The notes under the pieces are model-generated. The model worked only from the letters and a program-made list of their open reading frames with translations, did not search any database and was not told where the DNA came from. From positions 384,001 through 448,000 of the forward strand of contig OY759316.1 of assembly GCA_963662275.1 (NCBI GenBank): a stretch of DNA of 64,000 bases. Direction: 5' to 3'. This document shows positions 1 through 9,987 of the stretch, in pieces; position 1 is the stretch's first letter, and every line of letters starts with the position of its first letter. The translations under genes were made by a program, and so were the position numbers. The stretch is from Candidatus Cloacimonadales bacterium (lineage in GTDB: Bacteria > Cloacimonadota > Cloacimonadia > Cloacimonadales > DAONDQ01).

Positions 1-2241
1 TTGAGATATGCTATTATTTGGCAGACTGCTTCGAGAAACAGTCATACACCGAATTTAGTCTCAAACGGTTTGAAAAAGCAAGTGGTTGACATCGAAGGCA
101 CGAATTCAGCTCGTATCAACTTTCCTCATGCAGCAAGTACAGTAAATGATCGTAGTGCAGGCTGGGCAGATTATTCTGCTGGACTTGAACCCACATCAAT
201 TACTTGGGCTGGACCTGAGCGTGGTGTATATTATAGTCTGAATGATTGGGGTCTTTTCTCCAATGGTGTGACTTTAACACAACTGCGTCATACTTTCTAT
301 GAGGATTCAGATCATCTTTGGGGAGCAGATTCAACCTTTACTTTCAAAATTTACGATGCTGCAGGTACAACGGTATTATTTACTTCACCTTCACTATCGG
401 CATTGAAATATCCCCTTGTCACAACTTATACACTTCCAACACCGATGACGTTTACTTCTGATTTCATCGTTGTTGTTCGACCGATAGGCGCTACTACAGC
501 CGGATATCCGCTTTCAGTATTTTCAGATAATTCATCAGGATATTCGTATGTCAATTCTGGTGTATATCCTGCAACAAGCTGGGGAGCATTGGATGGTGAA
601 TTCCTTCAAGGTGCTTACATTGCTGGAGATGAATGGGGAAGCTTATCCTCCTATTCAGGCGTTGTTGCACCGGGCGGATCAAAAAGTATAACAGTTCATT
701 TTGATTCTGCGAACTTGAATGGAGTTACAAAAACTGCGAATGCAGTATTTGTGAATAATTCCAATTACATCAAACCTCGTGGTGATGATTTCCTCGTACC
801 ATTGACTCTAAATGTGAATTCGGTTGTTCTACATTATGGTACATATAAAGGAAATGTGCTGAAATCAGGAACGACAACTCCAATCCCAAATGCCACTGTT
901 ACAATCTGGGGTTTATCCGATGTAACAGATGTAAACGGATATTTTGAAATTCCCAATATTCTTGTAGGTACTTATAGTGCCACATGTACAGCACCCACTG
1001 ATAGTTATTACTACGATGAGACAGTTACCGGGGTTGTTATCAATGCAGAAGCATCAACCACCCAGAATATTTATCTGACTAAAGCTGAACTGATTGTTAG
1101 TCCATCATCGTTCTCTGTATCCGTAGCGGGTGGTGCTTTAACTGACCGTACATTAACAATCAGCAATACCAATGGTACGCATAACCTTCTATATGCGATC
1201 GACTTATGGGATACTTCAGCACGCTCGGAATCTCCTACGCTAAAAACGAAGGCTCCCGTAGTTGATATGAGTCATTCTGAGTTGTTACCGGCAGATGTGC
1301 AAGTTCACAATACACATGGACGTTCTTATGGCTGGTATGGATATACCAATACTGATGATTCCGACATTTATACATGGTCAGGTACAGAACGTGCCACCAA
1401 GTTTGTGTTACATGATCTTGGATTGCTGAAACCTGTTAAACTTCAAGTACTATCCTCATTCTTCTATAATCCGAGTGCAACACCATGGACAGATGCAACT
1501 TTCCATTTCGTGGTTTATGCTGCGGATGGTACGACTGTTCTATATACATCTCCTGCCATTGAAGCTACCAGCCTATCTGAGGTTCAAGATTCTCTTGCAA
1601 CTCCTCTCGAGATTAATGGAGACTTCTATCTTGCTGTCGTACCATCTGGTACGAGCGATAGTTCCCCATTCAACTTGGGAACAGATCTTTACTCCGGGAA
1701 TTCTTACTATAAGTCTTCCGGCGTTTGGACTCTTTCAACATCAGAATATCTGAACTTTGTCAAAGCGGAAGGTGCAGGTTGGTTATCAGTATCAAACAGC
1801 AACGGTACGGTTCTCCCGAATGGTACCACTGATTTAAGCCTGTACTTTGATGCCACAGGCTTGGAGAATACTAGTCGAACCTGTACTATTAAGATTTACA
1901 ACAACGCAGAAGATGTTCGTGATGTACCCGTTACATTTACAATAACCGGTGGTGAAATCAGTGGACCAACCGGTCTTACCGTTTCCACGATAAATAATCA
2001 TCCTGTGATTTCATGGGATACACTCAGCGGTGCTACCTCATATAATGTTTACGGTTCAGATGATCCGTATTCAACTGATTGGGGTACTCCTCTCGTTTCA
2101 CATACAACTTCCAGAAGCTATGTAGATACATCTGGGGCACTGTACCATTTCTACAAAGTTACGGCAATAGTTGGAGCAAAAAGTAATGTCGAAACGAATA
2201 TCGGTACAACAGCGAGTAAGCCGGTAAAAGTCAAAAAATAA
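1..2241 (+). CDS. Large secreted/surface multidomain protein, 5'-truncated: two repeated beta-sandwich modules, a carboxypeptidase-regulatory-like domain and an Fn3-like C-terminal domain
   Basis: ORF is open from the window edge. Internal repeat WAGPERG..FKIYDAAGTTVLFTSP vs WSGTERA..FVVYAADGTTVLYTSP; GTYKGNV..PIPNATVTI..TDVNGYF..GTYSAT motif; C-terminal ISW..SYNVY..DDPY..FYKVTA. Confidence 0.7.
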   Translation: MRYAIIWQTASRNSHTPNLVSNGLKKQVVDIEGTNSARINFPHAASTVNDRSAGWADYSAGLEPTSITWAGPERGVYYSLNDWGLFSNGVTLTQLRHTFYEDSDHLWGADSTFTFKIYDAAGTTVLFTSPSLSALKYPLVTTYTLPTPMTFTSDFIVVVRPIGATTAGYPLSVFSDNSSGYSYVNSGVYPATSWGALDGEFLQGAYIAGDEWGSLSSYSGVVAPGGSKSITVHFDSANLNGVTKTANAVFVNNSNYIKPRGDDFLVPLTLNVNSVVLHYGTYKGNVLKSGTTTPIPNATVTIWGLSDVTDVNGYFEIPNILVGTYSATCTAPTDSYYYDETVTGVVINAEASTTQNIYLTKAELIVSPSSFSVSVAGGALTDRTLTISNTNGTHNLLYAIDLWDTSARSESPTLKTKAPVVDMSHSELLPADVQVHNTHGRSYGWYGYTNTDDSDIYTWSGTERATKFVLHDLGLLKPVKLQVLSSFFYNPSATPWTDATFHFVVYAADGTTVLYTSPAIEATSLSEVQDSLATPLEINGDFYLAVVPSGTSDSSPFNLGTDLYSGNSYYKSSGVWTLSTSEYLNFVKAEGAGWLSVSNSNGTVLPNGTTDLSLYFDATGLENTSRTCTIKIYNNAEDVRDVPVTFTITGGEISGPTGLTVSTINNHPVISWDTLSGATSYNVYGSDDPYSTDWGTPLVSHTTSRSYVDTSGALYHFYKVTAIVGAKSNVETNIGTTASKPVKVKK

Positions 2242-2283
2242 CTGAATTAACCGGATTAATTCTGGTACAAGTATAACAATAAT

Positions 2284-2313
2284 GGCGTCCTGGAAACAGG
2301 ACGCCTATTTTAT
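2284..2313 (+). terminator. Rho-independent terminator
   Basis: GGCGTCCTG-GAAA-CAGGACGCC hairpin followed by TATTTTAT, about 40 bp after the stop of the upstream gene. Confidence 0.8.
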
Positions 2314-2348
2314 TGTAGAGAATAACGCCGATCATGCTAAATCCTAAT

Positions 2349-2647
2349 GCAGGGATAGACCCATGTGTCTATCCTTCAGTACTCATCCATTATTTGGATA
2401 GACACATGGGTCTATCCCTACGAGTCAGTTGTACTACATACTTCAGGATGTATAATCCTTTAGGATTTTAGCAAGAACAGTGTCTTGCTTAGCAACATTG
2501 ATTTAATGAATTCGAAAAGAAAGCAACTTTAAGCTTTACAAAATATCTTTCTTTGGAGATAGTCGAGACAGTAGGGATAGACCTGTGTGTCTATCCTATG
2601 ATATGAGATAGTTGCCTACCTGGATAGACACATGGATCTATCCCCAC
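2349..2647. repeat. Two inverted pairs of REP-like palindromes (family A, GTAGGGATAGACCCATGTGTCTATCC)
   Basis: Copies at 2349-2374, 2396-2421 (inverted), 2571-2596 and 2622-2647 (inverted). Each pair is followed by an AGCAAGAA..GTCTTGCT hairpin (2470-2490, 2686-2706). Confidence 0.85.
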
Positions 2648-2746
2648 ATATTTAGAACACGAATGGTGTATGGGTCAATACTATAAGCAAGAATAGCGTC
2701 TTGCTTTACAATGATTATTTAAGAATGATAAAGGATAAATGTACGC

Positions 2747-4465
2747 ATGGAGAAGAAATGGATTGTAGAAGATTCGCAGTCTGTGAATCATACAGAATTC
2801 AAGCAAGAAATTATTCAGCATTTTAAATGCCCTGATCTGATTGCAGATTTATTAATCAGAAAGAACTTACAATCTATTGAGGAAATTGAATTATTCTTTC
2901 ATCCACAGATTGAACAAATGCACGATCCCTTCCTTTTCCACGATATGGATAAGGCAATTGACCGTATTCTCAAAGCAATAGAGCAACAGGAAAAGATTAC
3001 GATTTATGGCGATTATGATGTTGATGGAACAACTGCGACATCTCTGTTATATTTAGGTTTAAAGAGGCTTCATGCTATCATTGATTATTATATTCCGCAT
3101 AGGATGATCGATGGATATGGTATTTCCCTGAATGGTATGAATCAGCTTTGGGAAGAGAAAACAACTCTTGTGATCAGTGTAGATTGCGGTATTAATGCCT
3201 TGGAAGAAATTGATGCCATGAACAGGATGGGTATGGATATCATTATCACGGATCATCATAATCCCAAGGAAATCCTGCCTAACGCATACGCCATCATCAA
3301 TCCGAAGGTTAAAGATTGTGGTTATCCATTTCCACATCTTGCAGGTGTTGGTGTTGCCTATAAATTATTAATGGCTTTGTATCAGCGATTGGGGATTGAT
3401 TTTGTGGAAAACATACATAAATATCTTGATCTTGTCGCTCTTGGGACTATTGCTGATATCGTTCCACTGGTAGGGGAAAACCGTGTCTTTGCCAGTATTG
3501 GCTTACAGCACCTGATCCATAAGAAGAACTTAGGGTTGAACGCTCTAGTCAATATCTCAAACCTGAATCAGAAAGAGTTGGATGCGACAGATATAGTTTT
3601 TGGTCTTGCTCCCCGTATCAATGCTGCTGGACGCATGGAAAGCGCTGCACTTGCAGTTGAACTGATGATCTCTGTGGATGAAAACAGGAGTGCGGAGCTT
3701 GCCGAAGGTATCGAGCGTCAAAATTCTCTTCGTCAGCAGGAAGATCAGAAAACCTTCTTTCAAGCTTGTGAAATCATCGATAAAAAGTATAAAAATTTGA
3801 ATGAAGCTTTCTGTATGATCGTTTCTTCAGATGGGTGGCATCCCGGTGTTATTGGCATTGTTGCTTCCAAATTAGTCGAGAAGTATTACCGACCTGTGAT
3901 CATGATCTCTTTCAAAGATGGCATTGGTAGTGGCTCTGGGAGAAGTATTGCTGACTTTGATCTTTTCGGGGCTCTGACATTTGTGGAGCATAATCTTCAT
4001 AGTTTTGGCGGACACAAATATGCTGTGGGTCTTACAATTTATGAAGAATACCTGGATAAGTTCGAAAATGAACTGAATCGCTATGTGAAACAACATCTCA
4101 GTTTAATTCAAATGCTTCCACCTATGAAGATCGATAAGGAAATTGAAATATATGATATTAATGAAGATCTGATCTCATGGATCACCAAATTTGCTCCCTT
4201 TGGTCCAGAAAACGCAAGACCGATATTGGTAACTAACCAAGTTGTTATCTCGAATTATCCTTATAATGTCGGGAGAAATCATCTCAAATTAAAGGTTATG
4301 AAGGACGGTGTAAGCTTGGATATGATCGGTTACAATTTGGGTGACTTCCTTCCTTTATTGCGGAAGAATGCTGTCATTGATATTGCCTATACTCTCGAAA
4401 TGAATACGTTCCAAAATAAAAGAACGATCCAGGGTAAGTTGCGTGACATACATCTTCGCAAGTAA
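2747..4465 (+). CDS. recJ: Single-stranded-DNA-specific exonuclease RecJ
   Basis: YGDYDVDG, VDCG, TDHH, GTIADIVPL, PRINAAGR, GSGRS, GGH motifs. Confidence 0.97.
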   Translation: MEKKWIVEDSQSVNHTEFKQEIIQHFKCPDLIADLLIRKNLQSIEEIELFFHPQIEQMHDPFLFHDMDKAIDRILKAIEQQEKITIYGDYDVDGTTATSLLYLGLKRLHAIIDYYIPHRMIDGYGISLNGMNQLWEEKTTLVISVDCGINALEEIDAMNRMGMDIIITDHHNPKEILPNAYAIINPKVKDCGYPFPHLAGVGVAYKLLMALYQRLGIDFVENIHKYLDLVALGTIADIVPLVGENRVFASIGLQHLIHKKNLGLNALVNISNLNQKELDATDIVFGLAPRINAAGRMESAALAVELMISVDENRSAELAEGIERQNSLRQQEDQKTFFQACEIIDKKYKNLNEAFCMIVSSDGWHPGVIGIVASKLVEKYYRPVIMISFKDGIGSGSGRSIADFDLFGALTFVEHNLHSFGGHKYAVGLTIYEEYLDKFENELNRYVKQHLSLIQMLPPMKIDKEIEIYDINEDLISWITKFAPFGPENARPILVTNQVVISNYPYNVGRNHLKLKVMKDGVSLDMIGYNLGDFLPLLRKNAVIDIAYTLEMNTFQNKRTIQGKLRDIHLRK

Positions 4466-4498
4466 ATGCTCTATATCTATAAACAAGGGAGTACAAGT

Positions 4499-5320
4499 AT
4501 GTTGAAGATATTTATCTTCTTATCAGCAACACTTTTGTTACTTGGCTGTGCCATGAATATACAAACTGTCAGTCCTTCAGCAACCGGTTTGAAAAGGGTT
4601 GATGTTGTTGAGACACCTTTTGAAATAGCCAAAGTCCAGTATAATGCCAATCGCAATACATATTATATTTGGGAAAAGAACTCCCCGAACATCCATATTT
4701 TCAGTAACGGAAGTGAAATCAATCTTGTAGGGGGACTTGGTTTTGCAAAAGAGAATTTTCAAAGATTATCTGATATCGGAATCGGAGTGGATGGTTCCTT
4801 GTATGCTTTAGATCAGCTTTTACGTAAACTGAAGAAGTTCGATCCAGTTGGTAAATGGCTTCTCGATTATGATGTCTCTTGGACACAAGAGCCGACTAAA
4901 TTTGCACTCGACCAATCAAACCAGATAATTCTATTCGATGATATTCAAAAAGAATTCATTTTTTCATCTGATTTAAGACCTGAAGATACCTTTACTTTCG
5001 GGAAATTCCAAGTGACGGATGTGAAGCAGATCACAATCGAAAACAATGGTATCGTTGTTTTTGAACCCGGTTCCGAACAAACTTCTTTCTTCTCAGTGCT
5101 TGGAGAGTACAAGGTAAGCCGGCAAGGGCAGATAATCTCTGATACTAGAGGAAATTTGTATAGATTGGATGCAAATTTTATTACAATCATCCCTTCTAAC
5201 CAGACTGCTGCAGCTTCTGTTCAACCCTATGTTTCTATCTATATTGCTGACCCCTATATACTGACAACAACAGAACATCAAGTACAGAGATGGTTAATAA
5301 ACTATGCCACAAAACCGTAG
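4499..5320 (+). CDS. Putative lipoprotein with NHL/beta-propeller-like repeats
   Basis: Lipobox LLLGC after ATG 4499 (GGAG upstream); GGLG..F..LSDIGIGVDGSLYALD NHL-like repeat. Confidence 0.6.
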   Translation: MLKIFIFLSATLLLLGCAMNIQTVSPSATGLKRVDVVETPFEIAKVQYNANRNTYYIWEKNSPNIHIFSNGSEINLVGGLGFAKENFQRLSDIGIGVDGSLYALDQLLRKLKKFDPVGKWLLDYDVSWTQEPTKFALDQSNQIILFDDIQKEFIFSSDLRPEDTFTFGKFQVTDVKQITIENNGIVVFEPGSEQTSFFSVLGEYKVSRQGQIISDTRGNLYRLDANFITIIPSNQTAAASVQPYVSIYIADPYILTTTEHQVQRWLINYATKP

Positions 5321-6836
5321 ATTATCGATGTATTTTCCTGTTTTTCTAAGTGCTTTATTATTGGGATTAAGCAGATTATTCCCTTCAACTTCCTTTTTTG
5401 CGATTCTAGCTTTCGTTCCGCTTTTTCGCTTCTTTGATAAACAATCCTATTCCTGGAAACAACTGCTGAATGCCAGTGCTATCTTTTCTATCACATATAC
5501 CGCTGTAGCTCTGCATTGGATAGCTCTTGTTACTGGACCAGGTGTTCTGGGTATGATGCTGCTTTTCACATTATATTTTTTCATTTTATTCTGGGTCATT
5601 CATTTCATTTGGAACCGATTATTATTCTTCAGGCTCTATGGTTTTCTTTTTGCCTGGCTTAGCTTTGAATTCATTTCAACCATGGGGGAACTTCGATTTC
5701 CCTGGTTCAATGTCGGGTATGCGTTTTCTGATTTCCTTTTACAAATTCAAGTTGCAGACATTGGTGGTATATATCTGATTTCTCTTATCGTCATTCTGAT
5801 CAATATATGCCTGTATCAACTTTCTTTAAAGAAATGGAAATACACATATGTATTAATTGCCGTTCTTGTGATTTGGATTGGTTATGGAATATACCGTGTC
5901 ACGACAATTCGTTTGCAAAAACAGCCCGATCGCATTGTTCTCATGCAGCCAAGTATTCCCCAAACCGAAAAATGGGAACCGCAACTACTGATCAATATCA
6001 TCAAATCTTATGAATCATTGACTATTCAAGCTGGTAAGAATGGAGTAAAACTTGTCATTTGGCCTGAAGCAGCAGTGCCTGATTACCTCTTGCATTCACC
6101 CGTGCTCTTGGATATCATCAAACAACTTTCAGGAAAACTGAACCTGGAAATTTTTACAGGTTTTCCTGATGCTTTAATTGCCCCAGAGAATTATCCTTCG
6201 AATTATTTGTATTACAATTCAGCAACGATGATTCATCCTGATGGAAGAATTGATGAACCTTACAGAAAGAACATTCTTGTCCCTGTTGGGGAAAGAATGC
6301 CTTTACTAAACATCTTTCCTATCCTTTGGAAAGTTCAATTTGGTCAGGCAAACTGGGAGTATGGGTCATCTTATACGTATTTTTCTTCACAAGGTCACAC
6401 TTTTTCACCGATGATCTGTTTTGAAATTGCCTTCCCGGAATTCATATCTCACATGGCAGATCATCCGGTTGACTACATTGTGAACATCACAAACGACGCT
6501 TGGTTCTATCATTCCAGGGGTACGTACCAACATGCTGCGATGGGAAAAATCAGGGCTGTGGAAATTAGAAAACAAATATACCGATGTGCCAATACAGGTA
6601 TTTCAATGGCTATCGATCCGCTTGGAAGGACACTGGAACAAACCCAACTATTTGCAATTGAGAATCTTGAAATTCCTCTTTTTATTACAAAATGTTCATC
6701 TGCGTATGTAAAATGGGGTTGGAAAACACCGTATATTTATTTAATACTTACTTTATTCCTATTTTTACTTGCCAGATTCAAACGTTCCTGCAAGGTATGT
6801 CAATTAATAGAAAAACGCTTGCAGCAAAAAGGGTAA
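5304..6836 (+). CDS. lnt: Apolipoprotein N-acyltransferase
   Basis: Multiple TM helices; FPW, WPEAA, K..LVPVGE, ICFE, NITNDAWF, RAVE, RCANTGIS. Confidence 0.95.
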   Translation: MPQNRRLSMYFPVFLSALLLGLSRLFPSTSFFAILAFVPLFRFFDKQSYSWKQLLNASAIFSITYTAVALHWIALVTGPGVLGMMLLFTLYFFILFWVIHFIWNRLLFFRLYGFLFAWLSFEFISTMGELRFPWFNVGYAFSDFLLQIQVADIGGIYLISLIVILINICLYQLSLKKWKYTYVLIAVLVIWIGYGIYRVTTIRLQKQPDRIVLMQPSIPQTEKWEPQLLINIIKSYESLTIQAGKNGVKLVIWPEAAVPDYLLHSPVLLDIIKQLSGKLNLEIFTGFPDALIAPENYPSNYLYYNSATMIHPDGRIDEPYRKNILVPVGERMPLLNIFPILWKVQFGQANWEYGSSYTYFSSQGHTFSPMICFEIAFPEFISHMADHPVDYIVNITNDAWFYHSRGTYQHAAMGKIRAVEIRKQIYRCANTGISMAIDPLGRTLEQTQLFAIENLEIPLFITKCSSAYVKWGWKTPYIYLILTLFLFLLARFKRSCKVCQLIEKRLQQKG

Positions 6837-6842
6837 AGCGGA

Positions 6843-7295
6843 ATGAATGAAGTAACAAAAAAATATTATTACACTATTGGTGAAGTCAGTCGGATATTGG
6901 ATCTGAAACAATATGTAATCCGGTATTGGGAGACTGAATTTACACAACTGCACCCCAAAAAAGATCATGGCAGGAATAGAAAATATTCTGAAGAGAATAT
7001 TGATCTCTTAAGAACGATCAAAGATATGCTGTATAATCAGAAATATACGATTGATGGTGCGAGGCAGAAATTGAGCAGGCAAAACAAAACTAAAAAATTT
7101 GAACAACTTGAATTTGAATTCCAACGTGATGAAACACCTATGTTGGAAGAAATTGCTGAACCTGCTAATGTAGATACAATATTGATTACATTTCGCCAGA
7201 GACTCCATGAGTTTTCGAAGGAAATTCAGAATTTTAAGGAAAGATGGAACGTAAAGCAGGACTCCGTTCCTGCTAAATCTAAAAAAGTGGAGTAG
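6843..7295 (+). CDS. MerR-family transcriptional regulator
   Basis: YTIGEVS..L..YVIRYWETEF..L.P.K..GRNRKY..YTIDGA. Confidence 0.9.
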   Translation: MNEVTKKYYYTIGEVSRILDLKQYVIRYWETEFTQLHPKKDHGRNRKYSEENIDLLRTIKDMLYNQKYTIDGARQKLSRQNKTKKFEQLEFEFQRDETPMLEEIAEPANVDTILITFRQRLHEFSKEIQNFKERWNVKQDSVPAKSKKVE

Positions 7296-7380
7296 GATTC
7301 CGATCCTACTAAATGCGAGGCTAAAATGACCTTGTTATTTTCGATACTCATTCTTCAGTAGGATCGGAATCCTACTCAAC
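7287..7380. repeat. Inverted pair of REP-like palindromes (family C, GTGGAGTAGGATTCCGATCCTACT)
   Basis: 7287-7310 and inverted 7357-7380; the first copy supplies the merR stop codon. Related pair at 33841-33969. Confidence 0.8.
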
Positions 7381-7388
7381 GAAATAAA

Positions 7389-8504
7389 ATGAAAAAAATC
7401 AAACTTATCTACTGGCAGGCACTTGCAGTATTAATTGCATTCACATGCTTTTCACTGACTTGTCAGGCACAAGGAAAGAAAATGGTAGAACCAGCAAAAA
7501 CTCAAAACACTTCCCTCGTTTATTTTACTAAGGAAATTACTGCAAAAGGGCTGCTGAAAGTTGCTGAACCAATGGATTCATTGATTCATGGTAAAGTAGC
7601 TATGAAAGTTCATTTCGGTGAAGAAGGTAACAAAAATTACATACCTGCTGATTCTTTGAAGCTTCTTGCCCAAAAACACAAAGTTACTTTCGTTGAAACT
7701 AATGTCCTTTATGGCGGGAAACGGGGACATACTGAGTCCCATATCCAGCTTGCCAAAGATCATGGCTTTTCCTATGCACCGATTGATATCCTGGACTCTG
7801 AAGGAGAACTGGAAATACCTTTTGATGGAAAACACTACAAAGCTGTTTATACCGGTTCTCACATCAATAATTATGACACATTCATCGTTGTTTCTCATTT
7901 CAAAGGACATATGGCTTCCGGTTTTGGGGGAGCTATCAAGAACATCTCCATGGGAATGGCAAGTTATCGTGGAAAGTTAGCTCTTCATGCCAATACTCAA
8001 CCTAAATATGATCCTGCCAAATGTACTAAATGCGGAACATGCGTTAAGACTTGTCCGAAAAAAGCCATTACCATCAATCCTCTTCACGTGGATAAGAAGT
8101 TGTGTATTGCCTGTGGTAAATGCATCCAGGTATGTCCGGCTCATGCATTCAGGATTCCCTGGGAAGATGTTCCTGCTCCGGTATTCCTGGAAAGATTAGT
8201 TGAATACGCAAAAGCAATTACTGAAGGTAGAAATATAGTCTATATTAATGTACTCGCTTCGATTTCACCGGATTGCGATTGTTTTGGAAAAGCTCGTCCA
8301 CCATTTATGCATGATATCGGTATTTTAGCTTCCACTGATATAGTAGCCCTGGAACAGGCAAGTCTTGATATGGTTAATGAACACTATGGCAGTAAAGATG
8401 CTTTTCTCAAGGAAGCTGGTAATTCTGGTGACCACCAGGTGGAATATGCGGAACAGCTTGGTATGGGAACAACAAAATATAAAATCGTGGATTTAGATAA
8501 ATAA
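7389..8504 (+). CDS. DUF362-domain protein with a 2x[4Fe-4S] ferredoxin insert and an N-terminal signal-like segment
   Basis: KVHFGEEGN, ETNVLY, SHFKGH..GFGGAIKN..MG, two CxxCxxCxxxCP motifs, PDCDC, DIGILASTD. Confidence 0.9.
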   Translation: MKKIKLIYWQALAVLIAFTCFSLTCQAQGKKMVEPAKTQNTSLVYFTKEITAKGLLKVAEPMDSLIHGKVAMKVHFGEEGNKNYIPADSLKLLAQKHKVTFVETNVLYGGKRGHTESHIQLAKDHGFSYAPIDILDSEGELEIPFDGKHYKAVYTGSHINNYDTFIVVSHFKGHMASGFGGAIKNISMGMASYRGKLALHANTQPKYDPAKCTKCGTCVKTCPKKAITINPLHVDKKLCIACGKCIQVCPAHAFRIPWEDVPAPVFLERLVEYAKAITEGRNIVYINVLASISPDCDCFGKARPPFMHDIGILASTDIVALEQASLDMVNEHYGSKDAFLKEAGNSGDHQVEYAEQLGMGTTKYKIVDLDK

Positions 8505-8510
8505 AGTTAT

Positions 8511-8618
8511 GTAGGGGTCCGCGTCAGCAGACCCGCTCCGTTGTATTTGTTCTGGAATTAAGTATCAATTAAATAAAAGTGGTGATGAAAGAACGGGTCT
8601 GCTGCTGCAAACCCCTAC
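8511..8618. repeat. Inverted pair of REP-like palindromes (family B, GTAGGGGTCCGCGTCAGCAGACCC)
   Basis: 8511-8534 and inverted, degenerate 8595-8618; same family at 58828-58906 and 60354-60377. Confidence 0.85.
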
Positions 8619-8623
8619 AATAT

Positions 8624-8655
8624 AAAAAAGGGTTCGGCAGATGAATACCGAACCC
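8624..8655 (-). terminator. Rho-independent terminator of the DUF2089-DUF4097 operon
   Basis: GGGTTCGG (8630-8637) / CCGAACCC (8648-8655) stem; the A6 run at 8624-8629 is the U-tract on the minus strand. Confidence 0.75.
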
Positions 8656-8687
8656 GGAGGATTCCGAAGCGATCTTTTTCTATCTAT

Positions 8688-9977
8688 CTATTTGGATTGC
8701 ATGGCTTTCAGAAGGATAGCAGCTTCATCAGCGGTAATCTTTCCATTTTCCAGCAATTCAAGGATTTTTAGTTTGCTTTTGTTTTCTTCATTTTCCAGTG
8801 GTTCAGGTGGTTCAGGGGGTTCGAAATCAGGATTAACAGCTCTTTGGATCTTATCTCCCATACGCTGAATTTTATCGGTCACTCTTTCTATATCCAGTTT
8901 TCTTTCAATATCAGGAACATTGATTTTCTTTACCACTTTCCCCAAAGCCACAGAAACTGACTGCGAAATCTGATTTGCCAGGTTAGTAGCAAAAGTAGTG
9001 ATGTGTGTAATGCTTTCATCGAAGTCATTAGGAACACCGCTAAACTCAACCCGAAATTCCTTTTCTCCGGTATTTTCTTCCTTGATCTTGATCATACCGG
9101 TTTCCGATCTCACATTTAAGGTGATACCACCCTCTCCTTCCTTCATGTGAACACGCTTACAACAATCTTCCTGCTCATTTTCCAGTACTTGACATGTCTC
9201 TGATAATTGAAGCACGATCGCTCCTACTTCATTTTCTGCGGTGATATCATAATCACTTCCCGAGGCTAGCGATACCCGAATCGCTCCGTGTTCTGTTTCA
9301 ACATTGTATGTACCTGAGATTTCCTTCTGGATATCAATCTTCACAGGACCGTTTTCACCCCTGATCGACACTTCATTGAAAACGTTTTCCCTTGTTGTAA
9401 CAGGACCATTTTCGATTTCGATTTCCATCGTTGCACCAGTCGAACCAGATACTTTAACAGGTCCATTTTCCATGTGTATTGTGATATTTCCTGAATAATC
9501 AGCTATATCAATCGGTCCGTTTTCTGCTTCTGCATCTAATGTGCCCTGACAGTTTTTTACTCGTATAGGTCCATTCTCTGTCCGGAGTGTTATGATTTGA
9601 GTCAAATCCTCAGCACTTAAAGAACCGTTCTCACTTTCTGCAACAAGTGGGCAGTTTTTCGGTATTTCGATGATGAAGTGAAAATTCCTGTTCCAACCTC
9701 TTTCCATATAGGGTTCCAATTCTTCTTCATCAATTTCAATTGTGACGTTAGCTGTCTTTTGCCCTGAGACATCGAAAATATCTTTTAGTAATTCTTGTTT
9801 GTCTGCAATGTTCTTGATTTTTTCTATTTGATCCTGATTGGTCAAACTGATTTCGACACTCATCATGATCTCATTTGTCTCACTGGGGCGAATTGTTAAG
9901 GGTGAATTTTCAATCTGAATTGTGATCGTGGCTCCTTCCTGGATATCTATACCACGGGTTAGTTTCGTGTTTTCCAT
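8688..9977 (-). CDS. DUF4097 (beta-solenoid, putative adhesin) protein with C-terminal SHOCT-like motif
   Basis: Repeated xENGP[I/V] units; C-terminal KILELLENGKITADEAAILL; ATG 9977 preceded by AAGGAG. Confidence 0.85.
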   Translation of the reverse strand: MENTKLTRGIDIQEGATITIQIENSPLTIRPSETNEIMMSVEISLTNQDQIEKIKNIADKQELLKDIFDVSGQKTANVTIEIDEEELEPYMERGWNRNFHFIIEIPKNCPLVAESENGSLSAEDLTQIITLRTENGPIRVKNCQGTLDAEAENGPIDIADYSGNITIHMENGPVKVSGSTGATMEIEIENGPVTTRENVFNEVSIRGENGPVKIDIQKEISGTYNVETEHGAIRVSLASGSDYDITAENEVGAIVLQLSETCQVLENEQEDCCKRVHMKEGEGGITLNVRSETGMIKIKEENTGEKEFRVEFSGVPNDFDESITHITTFATNLANQISQSVSVALGKVVKKINVPDIERKLDIERVTDKIQRMGDKIQRAVNPDFEPPEPPEPLENEENKSKLKILELLENGKITADEAAILLKAMQSK

Positions 9978-9987
9978 GGTCTCTCCT

